From Acanthaster planci (taxonomy: Eukaryota): a stretch of DNA of 64,000 nt. The notes below the pieces were generated by a model, which had not been told where the DNA came from, searched no databases, and saw nothing but the letters and a program-made list of their open reading frames with translations. Shown in pieces: positions 38,499 through 52,200 of the stretch (positions within the stretch are counted from its first letter, which is position 1; each line of letters opens with the position of its first letter). The position numbers were made by a program, and so were the translations under genes. The stretch is from NCBI RefSeq assembly GCF_001949145.1, contig NW_019091355.1:5729068-5793067 (forward strand), in the 5' to 3' direction.

Positions 38499-38546
38499 GG
38501 GGTATTTTAAGTCGCAAAAGATTCCTTTTGCGACTTAAAATACCCC
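38499..38546. repeat. Perfect inverted repeat (22-bp arms, 4-nt loop)
   Basis: ggggtattttaagtcgcaaaag-attc-cttttgcgacttaaaatacccc. Confidence 0.95.
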
Positions 38547-41500
38547 ATGCGCCATAGATTGCGGTACATTTTCAGGCATTCGGCAAAAAATTCGAATGAA
38601 CAGTTTTTATTATGGGCAGATAGTAGATGTAAGAGAAAACTGTCTTATAAGAAATTAATCGCCTAGCTTGCAAACTAATGTGCCAGGACGTGAAGGTAAC
38701 TGTGACTTCGGAGGTCAAGAGGAACTCTGTCAACTATTTCCGGTTGTCTGGTAGACCTGTAACCTCGTTTGTCGTGACTTCTGGCAACATTGACATCAGT
38801 CACTCGAGGCAACGAGCACAGGAGTTGGGGTGGAAGGCGATTGATCTATGGGCCGATTAATTTCAACACTATGGTTCGTCTGGGCATAGACCGATGTGCT
38901 CCAAGCAACTAGTTGGCTCCACTTGGGGCGCTCTCCTTGCTCTCTTTAGTTCAAACTTTGTCCACGCTGTGAGACTATTATGTGGTCTTTATCAGCACTT
39001 AAATTTAAATACCCTGATGGAAAACAACGTGGTTATAACTTCTGTTCAATTTTTAGCACTATTTCTGGTCAGCCGTCTCGGTAATTGAACCAATGTTGGC
39101 AGCACAATTTGCGCAATTACGCTTTTGAGGGACATCTTGACACTGACATAGGCCTACGTGTCGTTGACTTCAACACGATTTGCAATCCTGTAAAACCCAA
39201 TATCGCGAAGGCGCCCGGCAAATATGTGTGTGAGAGGAATAAGGTTGGATTTGATCGTTTAAAATGGCGTTTCTTAAACATTGAACGCTGAAATTCAGAG
39301 CCTTTGCCATAGAATATCAACCTCACACTTCGTTTAAACGGTATTTTGTATGCTCAGAGTTAGACGTGCTATTCACAACATGCGCTCGAATTCGTTGCTC
39401 ATGGAGCCCATTTAGACGAGGACTATATGACCAACACCACATTCCAGATACATTCCCCGTGAAAATAAAAAATGACTTAGATAATTAATGGAGTAAATTA
39501 CACCGGATGATGCATTTGTAGATAAGCTTGTATGCGAAGTCATTAACTATTATCAAACAAGAGTATCATTGTGTTTGACTATTTGACCCATGTTGTGAAG
39601 TTTCTGTACAGAAGATCCCAACGGTTGTTCAAATTATTTCGTGAACGTTGTCATAGATCACCTCAAAGTCTTACGTGCGACCCCCCCCCCATTTCCCCTT
39701 GACCCATTCAACATGTGCACATTAGGCCTTGTGTAATGCCTTTGAGTTTAAACTACCAAGTTTTTCTTGGTAGCATTATGACTGCGGAGTTGTCAGGGAA
39801 CGCTGGGGTTTTGACCTTCAAAGTCCACATTATGGCCCTCACATGGGGATGATAGATGCAAGAATGAAAAGGTCTTCTACCTCAGGGTTTCGAATGAGTT
39901 TATTGCCTGACAAACGGTGATGTATGCCGCTTTGGGCTTTTAAACGGATTGATAAAAATGCACAGACTTCCCTTTACTTTTTGAACTTGAAGTTTGGTAT
40001 TATGACTTTGTTGGGTACTGTTTTCCTTCAGAGGTGAGGGTTAACAAGGAAGGTTGTTGATGGAAGTTCTACCAGCGTCAGTTTTACCGTCAGTTGCGGA
40101 GCCAGGCTCTGATTGGTCAAGCCTCGACGACAACTAAAAAAAAACCAAAAAGCTTAACTTATCTGACAGGACCACCGATACCAGATACAGAGCAAACCCA
40201 CACGCGTATACACGCCCATGCTGGCACTATTATGGCAGTTGTGGAGACTACGTTTTAATTGTATTACAGGAATATATTCGTAACTTATGGGGACTACCCT
40301 ATGTTCCAATCAATTATCCCCCAAGGTGGGGCCGGTTTGAATACACTAAAAAGTGTTCTCTTGACCCCTGAATCCCCCCAACTAACGAAAACTGTCTTTC
40401 AGTGGAAATACATGTTAACACAGCAGCACGATCCCCGGTTGTCCAGCCATCTTATGATCCCCGCCTCGACTTTTCCAAACATCTTGGCGGGATAACTATT
40501 TCGGGACATATCAGTACTGTATCACCGCCTCTGCTATGATGGATCTTATTCTCTTTAAATGCTTGCTTTATGAAATAAAAACTGTCGACAAAGTACTTGT
40601 AGGCTAACGATAATTCTACCAGATACCGAGTTCCACTCTGAAAATACACAGTACAAATTCCTCCCTCAGTGCCCCTAAAGAGCATTTCAAGGCCAACAAA
40701 ATTCTGTCGACAAATACCGGTTACTTCAACTAAGAATAACATTTGTGGAACTAATTTCATAGTATATAGGTTGATTAAGTCTAAGGTCATTCACAACATT
40801 GTTCATATGGCATGCCACCTGCAAGTTGTCAGACACCTTCTCGGAATCTCAGTAAGTTGTTGGACCACGTGGCCAAAGCAGTTTAATCACATGACTTAAA
40901 CCCAAGTGTCACATGACCTCGTTTTCTCTGGTTCGTCGTTTCGGACGCGACGGGCGGTTGCGGATTTTGAAGTCCAGCGATTCCACTTCCAGAAACCGAA
41001 CTTTGCACCAGAATGGATTAATCGGACATTCTCTTAGCCTTCTCTTTTGTTGGTGGGTGTTGTAATAGAGCCTGAAAGTAAAAGGTCACGCAGCCAGCTT
41101 CCGGAACCCTCGCCTCGCGCGGTCCGCCTGTTGGGCCATCACGTTCAATAATTTTTGGAAGAATAACTCCCAACTGAAACCACCCCATGAAACACTAATG
41201 TTGGAATTTTACCGTTGTCTTCCCCAAGTAATACTTACGAAAGTCATCTGGACATGGGTAAAAGACAAATTTCATTAACGACCTTTCACGACCGGCAATA
41301 TTGTACCTAGGTCTCCTTGAATTGTTCATGCACGTTTGTTTTCACTCCCCGTGCTTACGTGAAAACGAGATTGTACAGCGTTACAAAGATTTGCCTACCT
41401 GCAGTCGATGGGTTCCAGATTCTGTTGAATTGACATTAAAAAATAGATAAGAGATCAGAATCTTTCGCCAAAACAGATTATTGCTTTAACTTTATTACCT

Positions 41501-43214
41501 TATAAATTAAAAAAGACAAATATTTTGGTCTGTTTTACAGACAGACTACCATAAAATTTCAAACTGTAAATGTTCATCTGCGTACGAGATTGCCGCACTG
41601 GACTGTTCTTCATGTATTTTAGATTTTGGGAAGTGATGGGTCAATTTTTGACAGGATATTTCTCTTTTAGGTTAGGTAATTTTTCATTCTCTATAAATTG
41701 ATACACCAGCAAATATTTTCCCAAACCCTTTTTCCGAGTTGGGTTTTATTAAGAAGTAACTGAATGAAAAAAACATTACAGATTCTAATATTTGCATGTT
41801 ATTTTTCCTGTCCAAAGGTTTCGGAAGTGCACCATTGGGGTAAACTTTAAAACTGTTTGGTACATACATGAAATCATGCACTTAACTTCTCATGAGAATA
41901 TAACATAATATTTAAAAGGTTACATTCAGTCCTAAGTACGGTAGGCCTACAGTACCTTCAAAAATTAAAACTACCAGTAGGCCTAGTTAACATTTTGGTT
42001 AATGAGTAGGCCAACTCAGTGTACAGTGCTTATGTCACTGAGGAGACGGTCAACGAACACCAAACCTGACCACAGCCAGTTGTGTACTGCGATCGTCGTT
42101 TCAAACGTTAGCAGCACCTTTTAACAATCAATTTGTGATGATATTTAGTTCATTATTTGGGTCACATGGGTCAGCAGTTCCAAGATTTCGTTGTCAGGCT
42201 TCTATTAAATTTTATTGGGCCAGCATATGCGTACATCAGTACGCAAGCCACAGTAAGCGAATGCGAGCAACTCTGCGTTGCATGCAGTTGTAATTGCTAG
42301 GCACCAGCCACTGTAACCGCGACCGTTAGATATAACCCATGGATCTCTGAATCTGGTAGTTTGTGAAGAGAATTGAAAGCCCTCTAAGTTACCACCACGT
42401 TTTGGGTGTTCTGTGTTTTGTTGTTATTTGATTCTGCATCATCATGGCTATTCTTCCAAAATGTACAATTTCATTGTCACTGTTTTCATGAATGAACAGG
42501 AGTTTCAAATTTTTCTTTTCATTTAAATTTGTCCTCTTCTTCACCACTTTACATTTAAAAGATCAGTGTCTTAATTACATGAACGATGCAAAGGCCAGTG
42601 TAGGCCTATCAACAATTGCATGGGCACTTTCACAGATGGCAACACAGACACAAACAATACTATCTCCTGAATGAGCACAAATCATGAGCATGGAAAAGCA
42701 TAAAATTGCAGGTCAGCTATAGTTAACACTTTCACTAGTTAATAAAGGGACAAGCATCTTTGATTCATTCTCAGCTGTGTACACATGAATATGATTATTG
42801 ATGAATACTTATTGCAGAATATAGTAAAGAACTGTGTTATAGATCAGCTCAGATTTTCAGTGTCAAAAGGAAGGGCATCATTATCAATTTATTTTTAGCA
42901 AATTAATTTCATTCAGAGTTAATCAGATGTGGTAGCCAGAGACTGTCATTTTGAATGTATGTGGAATGTGGAGGTCACTGTGTAAAAAACAAGCATACTA
43001 CCAGGCCCCCAAAAGTTTTTAAGTTCCCATCATCCTGTTTTCACTTTATACTCTGAACATGTAAGTGATTACGTACCTCTTATTTGGCTGTTCATTACAT
43101 AGAATTGTACAACTGGGTCTTTACTGAAATATAACATAAATACACTTTTAAGTATTTTCTGGTGTTGGTTATGAAAATGATTAAATACCATATGTTGTGC
43201 TTATTTTAACATAG

Positions 43215-43457
43215 ATGGTTTCCTTGGAGATATTGCCCTGACAGAGGAGGATTACCAACGAGAAGTCCGACGATACAAACAGAGTCAAGGAATCCAGAAG
43301 AAAACAAAGGATCACCAGAACATCCAATCCGCCAAGGAGGAGAGACGACTTGCCAAGGAGAGACGAAAATTAGAGAGGAAGGAGAAAAAAGCCCTCAAGG
43401 CGGAGAGGAGGAAGGAACAAAGGCATTCTCATTCAGCACCAATCAAAATTGATCAAG
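43215..43457 (+). CDS. BMP1: BMP1/tolloid-like, exon 2 (prodomain)
   Basis: catag acceptor, gtgagt donor, 243 nt phase 1/1; DGFLGDIALTEEDY followed by a K/E/R-rich segment; open frame throughout. Confidence 0.9.
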
Positions 43458-43849
43458 GTGAGTGTTTACTTTTTAACAGAGTCAGCTCTTTGTAAACTGC
43501 TCTCCTTTAGCTGTCTTCATTAGAAAATACATGCAGTTTCTCAATTTTTTTCAATAATCTATATAACAGATTATTGAAATTATTTCTCTCCCTTTCTTTG
43601 GAAATACCAAAGTAATATTTTGACATCCAGATTTCATCTCAGAACCATAACTGTCATCTCAAAAACAAATTTTTGAGTCAAATGACCAATTTTCTAAGTA
43701 ATTTTTCTAATCTACTTTAACAAAGTTCAGACAGGCAAAGATCAGACAGTCTTAAATTGGATCACAACTGGCCTGGATTCAGTTTAAACATGTCCAAAAC
43801 ATAGTTCGTAACAAATCCAAGAGAGTACACAGTGATTTCATCACAGACC

Positions 43850-45260
43850 TCTTCAGAAAACGCAACGATCCTATGTCTTTTGTCAAGTCCAGATGGCCCT
43901 GATGGCATAAGTGTTCAAATGTTGAAACTTGTGTGACCTGGCATTGTTCCTGTCATTCCTGATTTTTACAATCATACACTTCTGACCACCGTGACCGATT
44001 GTCTCCCCAAGTCTTGGAAACATGCAAATGAGATAACAATGTTTAAATGTGGTGAGACTGTGAGAAATTCAACTTTCTCACTACCACCCTGTTTCCTTGA
44101 CACCCATCATCTGCAAAGTCCTCGAAAAGATTGTAGTTGGACAAGTTATGGATTTCTCCGTGTACAACAGACTTTTATCTGACCACCAGCTTGGCTTTAT
44201 TCCTGGAAGATCCTGCACTACAGCCCTGATGTTAGCCAGCACAGAGTGGGTTCAGTCCTTGGCTGCTAAAGTTCCTTCTATTGATGTCATCAGCCGTGAC
44301 ATTGATGACTTCAGCCGTGCATTCAACATGATATGCCCCAGTACACCATTACGAAAGCTGCAACTGTGTTATGATACAAAAGGTTCTGCTCTCTAGTGGA
44401 TTAAGTCCTTTGATTCACACTGCATGCGGCATGCCGTTTACAGAGGAGAGAATTCAAACTGGCTACTTGTTTGGCTACCTATTAGTAGCTACCTGATCTT
44501 GGTCTACCTGTCCTCGCGTCTTGTACAGTATGCTGACGATACATTCCTTTTCAGGAATGTTACGTCAGACCATCCAGATCATCTGCTGCAGGAGGACTTG
44601 AGTTCGATCTCTAAATGGGCCAGCCTTAATTGTTTACATCTCAACACAGATACCATAAGTGCAACGTAATACCTGTAACTCGACGACACCTGTCTAAACC
44701 AGTCTACACCTTAGTTGGAACTCCCCTCGAATGCATCAACTCCATCAAACTCTTAGGTTGCTTTTTTTCAAAGCAATCTTTCCTGGGACATGCAGGACCA
44801 GTCGGTTTCATCCAAAATACAACTGGTTGATTTGCTTCATTCGCCTTGTTTCTGGCAACGCTTCTTCAGATATATCATTTCAACTGATAGGTCACTTGTC
44901 CAACAAATTGTCAACTACTGTGCACCTCTTTGGTGGATCCATAACACAAAACACATGAACTCAATAGCAACTGTTCAACGCAGAGCAACTCAGATGATTC
45001 ACAGGCAAACTGCTTTGGAACAAGCATATCAGGATACAATTAAGCTTTCTGAATTTCATGTCATTTGCAGACAGAAGGTTGTTTTCAAACATAAGCTTTA
45101 TCATTAAATTGATGTTCAACAAGCCCAATTTTATGTCAAAAAGACATGTTGCAGGTTAATACTCGTCATCCAGAGCTTCTCACGTTTCATCATTTAAATC
45201 CCAGAACTGATGGTTACAAATATTCCACTCTTGTGAGTTTTCCAAAATTGTTTCCCGAAA
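43850..45260 (+). mobile_element. Decayed CR1/L2-group LINE RT fragment in BMP1 intron 2
   Basis: PDGIS, KSWKHA, LTPIICKVLEKIV, QLGFIPGRSCTTAL, DFSRAF, QYADDT, LQEDLSSISKWA, NYCAPLW, VQRRATQMI across several frameshifts and stops. Confidence 0.85.
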
Positions 45261-45299
45261 AAATGTGATGACATGTATGTGTATACGAAACAGTGTTCT

Positions 45300-46275
45300 T
45301 ATTGCAGGCTATGGGTCTTTTCATTCTGAACTGAAGGGGATGTTAATGCCATCTTGGGTTTTTGTGTTTTCATTGCTGTCACTGATGTTTTAATGCTTTC
45401 CCTGATGTTTGTTTTGGACAGTATCCTTTTCAGTTTTTTGGGAGAACTTTTATCTTAGTTTCCTTTGGGATCTTTGTGTTTTAGTTTTTAGTTTTCCTCT
45501 GTGGTTGATGCACTGTAAGCTGAGGGACATTTTTCTCTCATTTTTTAAAGCTTTTTCTCTGATATTTGTTTTGTGACCCATTTCTGCTTTTATTCCTTGA
45601 GTTTGTTCTTAAATGGGGTGTCTTGCTTTCTGTTTTTGTTTTTGATGGGTATCCTTTTTCCTGCTTCACTGTTTTTGATTGTATCTCCTTTGGATTTCCA
45701 GCTGTTATTAGGTTTATTTGGGGTTGTATATAAGCAATTTTATGTGTTTTATTTGCATACTTTTATGTCATTTATTTTATATTTATTTGTTATCATTTTT
45801 ATTGTGTTTCATTATTTATTTTTTGGGCCATTTGTGTTAATTGTCTTTTTGCAAACTTCAAGTCAACATTAGCATTATTCAGGTTGTGAACTGCATGAAT
45901 AATTTATATGGTTTCATTTCTCTCTCTTTTGGGGGAGGGGGTCCCTATTAATGTTTTCGATTTGTGTGTGTGTTTCTTTTTTTGTCAGCTTGTTATTTTT
46001 CGCCCTTTTCTTTAGGATTTGTACTTGCTTATTGAAATACATTTTTTCTTCTGTTAAATTGTTTTGGGGTGTTTTTTGCTTTCTGTTTTTGTCTTGTTGG
46101 CTTTGTATCTCACATTCTGTTTTTTTCCCTTTCATTTATTATTGTCAGGGATCTGATCATACACATCTTCTGATTATAGTTTTGACCTTTGTATTTCCAA
46201 GACAGCCCCTGAATAACTTTTGTTTTTGTGTCTGAAGATATAAAATAAAAAAATAAATACATGAATAAAATAAAT
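45300..46275 (+). repeat. T-rich low-complexity tract ending in an A-rich run
   Basis: About 1 kb with strong T/G strand skew directly after the LINE fragment, ending in taaaataaaaaaataaatacatgaataaaataaa. Confidence 0.65.
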
Positions 46276-49200
46276 TGCTAAGGCCACTTAAGTGTTTAGT
46301 GTATGTTCACCTGGAGAACAGAGAACAGTATAATACTGGAGAACGGTATTATAAGACCTTTCAGTCTTCGGAATAGGATGTAACAATGGACATTAGTATA
46401 ATATAGAGTACATACGTGTACCTAGGCCTAGATGTACTCAAGGCCTGATCTAATTTCCTTTGAAAATAATACATTCAGTGACATTCACACAAAATGTAAA
46501 TCTACATGTAGATTTCTTAAGATTTGCTAGCCAAGCCTTGCAAGCATTGACAGCATCATTTTTGTTGTTAATGAGCTGAATAATTTCTAGGGCTACATGT
46601 AAATCATCTTCATTAATAATCATAATTCGTAAGTTTTGTGGTGAGCCACACGTACCTGCCCATAAGAACATCAATCTCCATGGCCCGAGAACCTGTAAAA
46701 ACAAATTTGTAGGACATAAACATTTATAAAGTAACTGAGAGAGCTCTCTTGAGGCTAAATTTTGACTGTCCATCCTTCTGTTTGTTCCTGAAAGGATTTC
46801 TCCCAGGTCCCATGCATATTTTGCATGGATATGAGTATCCCTCTGGGAACCGGGTAAGCACTGCAGATATTATCATTAAGATTAGGTTGTTTCTATTGAC
46901 AGATCAAAGATAGCATGAGCTACTTGGTGAATTAAAGAGATCTTTACCTGAAAGTACATGTATACTAGGCCAGTTTCACTGGTGCAGTAATACTGGTATT
47001 TTTGACTCCCAATATATAATTTACCGAAGTTAATTCTTTTCAGCCCTTACCTCGTATGTGAACCAAATCAACCAGTTTCTTTGCAAGGATGGGGCATTTC
47101 AAAATATTTGATCATCATTTTAAAATTTGGTACAAAATATTCCTCTTAACCCCTTGTCTGTATTTCTCCGAAAACTTTCAATCTGTTGCAGTGTTTCCCG
47201 TTTTTCCTGAGCTTAACTTGCAGTGGGAATTTCCTTTGATAGACATCAGTTTTTTCATAGTCACTTATCAGCCTTGAAAACAAAAGATAGGCATGCAGCC
47301 TTTCCTCAAATTAACTGATTGTCCTCATTTCAAATCCCTAGCTTTGTTACCAGTACCTTTGATGCATACATGTACCGGTACACCTGTACAGTATGCCATG
47401 AACAGGTAGGAAAGAAAACGCAGTGGCCATCTGCCCCTCCTCACCATTTTCCTCTCTGCCCATTTCTTCTGCTCTTAGCTGGTTATAGTAATACAATAGA
47501 CACAAATGGTCACCTAGATAACAAATGAATATGCCCTGCTCGTATGTTTGGCTGTTGCCTTTATTTTGCCCCTCCCCACCCTTTTGTCATAATATTAATT
47601 CTAGATCTGCCACTGTGCTTGGTCTTGGAACTTGATTTATTTTGTATGTCATTGGACAGAATATACATGTAGATCTTGAGTAGATCATAAACTATGAAAT
47701 GGTCTACAATTCTCTGAAGTTTCTACCATACTTGTTGCACACTGGGAGCACAGCTTGTGAACCTCTTCAAGTTCATACTACTGCAGGACATATTCTCTGC
47801 TGCCACAAATGCAACGTCATTGATTCAGAGAAACACATGTCAAAGGGTAGGGGACAGATCTGCAGCCTTGATTTACTGTACCAGATCTGAATGAGTTATC
47901 TTGCTGCAGTCAGACCACATGATTTTGGACTGAGCATGTACTGCAAAGCAAAGCTGCTTTTACCACTACAGCAAAAATACAGTGACCTTCACACCATCCC
48001 CCTGTTAAGTTGTGGTTAATCAGGGCTTGGAACTCCAGGATTTGATAGGTTATGAAAGGCTAATCCCTCACAAATCTACATGCCTGCTTATCAATATCAG
48101 ATGTTGCGCTTTCAGTAGAGGGTAGTGAATATTTGTCTTTGGCTCATGATGGCTTCCTTCACAGCAAGGAGTCACTTCTCCGAACCCAAGCACTTGCACT
48201 TTTTCCTCTCAACAAATTACGCACCTACAAGTCAATTAGTCTGAAGAAGGAAGATGTGACTTCAGGAGGGAGTTTACCAAATTAGATTTGCCGTGACCTC
48301 GGACTTGGCAGTGAGTGTGTGTAGCTGGGGGGGGGCACTGACTCTGAGCATTATCATTCCTTTGATAAGTCCTGTCCTCAAGTGCTGAAATGCGGAAGGC
48401 AGTTTCTGTCCTCAATTCCTTTTTGTTGAAGGAAGATTTAAGACATGACCATTGGTTGATCTCATAGTTTCGCTTGGGGAATGGATTCAAGGACAGAATG
48501 TCTACATTGTAGCAACCAGTTGAATTTGTGAGGGAACAATTGTAGATTTCCTGTTTCTAGGCAAGACTTTTGCAGCAGGGTATAGATCTAAGGCAGTAAA
48601 GGTATTACAAGGGAATGTCCAGCTCATGAAGACTTCAGAACATTTGCCAGCTAATGAAAGAGGACAGTATTCTTTCAAAACCAATTCCTAGATGTCACTA
48701 ACATTCCCACATTGTACTTGGGTTTGGTAAACAACCATTTTTCTAATCTGATGATATCTGGTGCTTGTGATTGTGGTCAGAATGCCCATGTGACTTACAT
48801 TGTAAAATTCAGTACATGTATTTTCCGGTGTCTTGAGTTTCCCCTCATATTTCGTGCGAAGGCCTACATGTCACTAACCCACTGAGCAAAACTTGCCCAA
48901 GTTGAAATGTGCGCAACTCTTTGCAAATTTGCACCACAAAATACATGTACACATGTATGCTGCGAGTTGTGTGACACTATAACTTGCTTCTGTGCATCCT
49001 CTTCTCAAGGTGCATGTATGTTAACACTGATGTTTGCTATGCAAAGAAACTGTTACTGACAGCATACAGCTCTCAGCATTTTTGGGGGGAAAGGTGTTTC
49101 TGTGTAGCAACTCCAGGAAGTTTGCCCTGGTGCTTCTGGTCACTGCAACTCTGTGGGAGCAATTAAACTGCCAGCAGGAAAACTGATGCTCTTACAAACA

Positions 49201-52200
49201 ACCTGCACATGTTGTAGTCAACATTCTCTGGACTGCGTCTTTCCTTTTGGTGGATCTGATATTAAGATTTGTGCCCACTTTACTATACTTAAGAAATTTC
49301 TGAAACATCATCACAAGTAGGTACAGATACATGGAAGTCTGAATTTTTGTGTAGTTACCGGGTACATAGTAAATATTTGGTATGAAAAAATCTTTTACAA
49401 ACTTGAAGCAAGGTACGGTACATGTACAGTCCCAGTTGCCAAGAATGGATCAGAAGCCATGTTTTTGTTTGGGTTGGGAATAACACTCCCCTGACCAAAC
49501 CTTTGTCTAAATTGTAAGTCTGACTCAAAGTGAACAGAGCAAAACCAGCAAATCCACAATGAGCTAAAGGTAACTGAAGATATAAGAACCATTCGAAAAT
49601 CAGTTTGAATTTAAATGATTCTGAATGATTGCAGAGACTATATCAGTTGGTTTCAAGAATGGTTGGCATGATTTTTACACATTCCTGTTCGTGTGTCACA
49701 TTGCAGTCCCCATGCCTTGCTTGATACATGTAGAACCAATGTCATTAAACTACATGCGTCATGTACATGCCTAGGCTGTATATTTGTCTAGTCAGTGAAA
49801 CTGACAGTTCTTGACCAGCTGGAATTTGATCCAATGCTTGCCAGTTGGGTACTTTTTAAAGGTTGTTTGTGGGCACCAGTTTGCAAGAAATACCAGCAAC
49901 AGCATGTGCAGTACCTCAAGCATTGTATTCTTGGAGTGAAGACTGGCATCCAAAAATTACTGGTCTTGGAAATATTGAATGAAATTATTGTTTTAGCAGA
50001 CTTGACAAAAAAATCGGGGACATTCATTTAATTTGGCACCATCATGGCAGAAGTGGGAATGACGTGCAAATCAAGCTTTGTGAAAAGAACATTTTGAGGC
50101 AATACCTAAACATCAAGTTTAAGTGGCCATGTTACCACTTGTTTTTGTTCCCAGTGGCCTTGCAGGGCATTGTGCCATGGTGAAATTTGGGCATCCAAAA
50201 AATGAACATATACATGTGTACATGTACTGCAATATACATGTACATGTACATATGTACTGTACATGTACATGTTCCTTTAACAGCAGTGATTGGCTCCTTC
50301 TGTCAAAGCAGCTGATATACTCCCTGGTCTGGCTGACCTCCAGGGAATGCTGCCCAACGAAAAACTTCCTGTCAGGTTACCTGGGCACTGTGGAACACCA
50401 ATTAGGTCAAATATGTGTTTCATTTTCAATAGCAGACATTATGGCTTTGTTGTTACTTGTCCTGCCACAGTTGTTACCTGTAGCTTTTCCTGTTATTGAA
50501 GAACAGCCACTGACTTTAAAGAATCTTCCTGTAGATATCATACGTACTGCATAATGTGAGTGTATCATAGAGTTCATGTGGCAAGACTTGAATGTTGAAC
50601 ATTGCAGGCAAGAAGCCTCGGTAAAATTGGAAATGAAGATTTTTATGTTGAGTCAATCATACCTACAAACAACAACAGTGCTGTACATGTTGGCCTACAT
50701 GTGTCCTTCTTGAATCTCTGCCGATATTCCATCTACAGTTTTCTACCACACTCTCTGTATCATCATGGAGGTATAGGAACCTCCATGGTATCACAGAGCT
50801 CTTGACCACTTGCATCTACTTACATTGAATAAGTAAGACATTCCAGGTTAGAGAATTGGTCCTCTGTTTTCACTGCAAAACATTTTTGCAAGGGCAATGT
50901 TGCATCAGGGATGGGATTTCATTCTCCATGAAAAGTGAAAGTGACAGTCCCCACTGCTATGAAATGTACGGTAGGGTGGTGGAGATCTCACTCACTGAGG
51001 TTTATCAGAACTACTCAGGGACTCATGCAGAGATGAGTGTAATTTGATTGTCTCAATTCCTGTCTCTATACATGTAGTTACATGTACCAACTCCCTCCAA
51101 TCCCCTTACCACAGCCCTGCACTGTTTTGTGGCCTGCAGTGTAATTCAACAACCAGAATAAGATGCCATTACTGCAGTGGCACAATGCTCTTGGACAGGT
51201 GGTACGCGCGCGTTACGTGCCTCATATTGACTAATAGGGTGTTGTGATTTGCCAAATGCATGTGCGTGTCAAGCTGAAGAATGTGTGTGTGAGTGCGGTG
51301 CCACCGCAGATGCAGCGTCTAATCGGATTAGTCTGTAGCTACATGTATTTTCCGTGTCATGATTGTTCCTTGGGGGAAAAAAGTCAATTTAACACAAAAA
51401 TAATACAGTATTAACAGACATTCTGAACTGGTACATGAACTGGTATGAATCGAGAGGAGATTTTGTATGTTTGTACTTTACCAGGTTTGATTTGAGTATA
51501 CAAGTTAAATTGTACCAATGGTAATGTTCATTTTAAAATTATGCTGTTTTTACAGTGTACATGCATCTGGAATTTACATGACACTTAGTGTGTACATACA
51601 TGTACCTTTACATTGCACTTCTATGCACTGGTACAATATTGCCCATGTGCACACATTTTACACAATGTTTTATTCTGCGAGGACCAGATCTGCCTTAACT
51701 CTCTGCATCTTGCGTAGCTGACAGCTTTGTCAACTCTGGGACCCTTTAACACAGACCCAGCTGCTGGCCATCCATCATAAATGAATGATGATTTGCCAGC
51801 AATAAAACCTGATACCCTAGCTACAGGCAAAATGCTGGCTCAGAACACTCATTCAACATTTTGTCAAGGGATCTTGTGTCACCATTTGTGTCATTACAAT
51901 GAAATTCAAAAACTGCATGCCGAAAATGAACACAGGTGTAAAAGCAATTTTGGGATTTACATGTACATGTAAGCCTAAAGTGGCAAACCAAGGAGGTTGT
52001 TTTCATCAGAGAAGGAAATTTGATTTCTGAGTTACCATAGCAAATCCTCTCCCTGTCTTCTGGCCTGGCTTACAATGTACTTTGTAATGCATAATGTTAG
52101 GGCTGTAAAAGTGTATGGAACATAGCAGTTCTTGACTGCTGTTTGATTTTTTTCTTTACACTCCAGGGGATGCATGATAGGGTACCAGAAGCAAATCCTC

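Noticed and set aside
45573..46235. Hydrophobic membrane-protein-like ORFs and the complementary Lys-rich ORF
   Set aside because: Explained by T-rich low-complexity DNA; no recognisable domain
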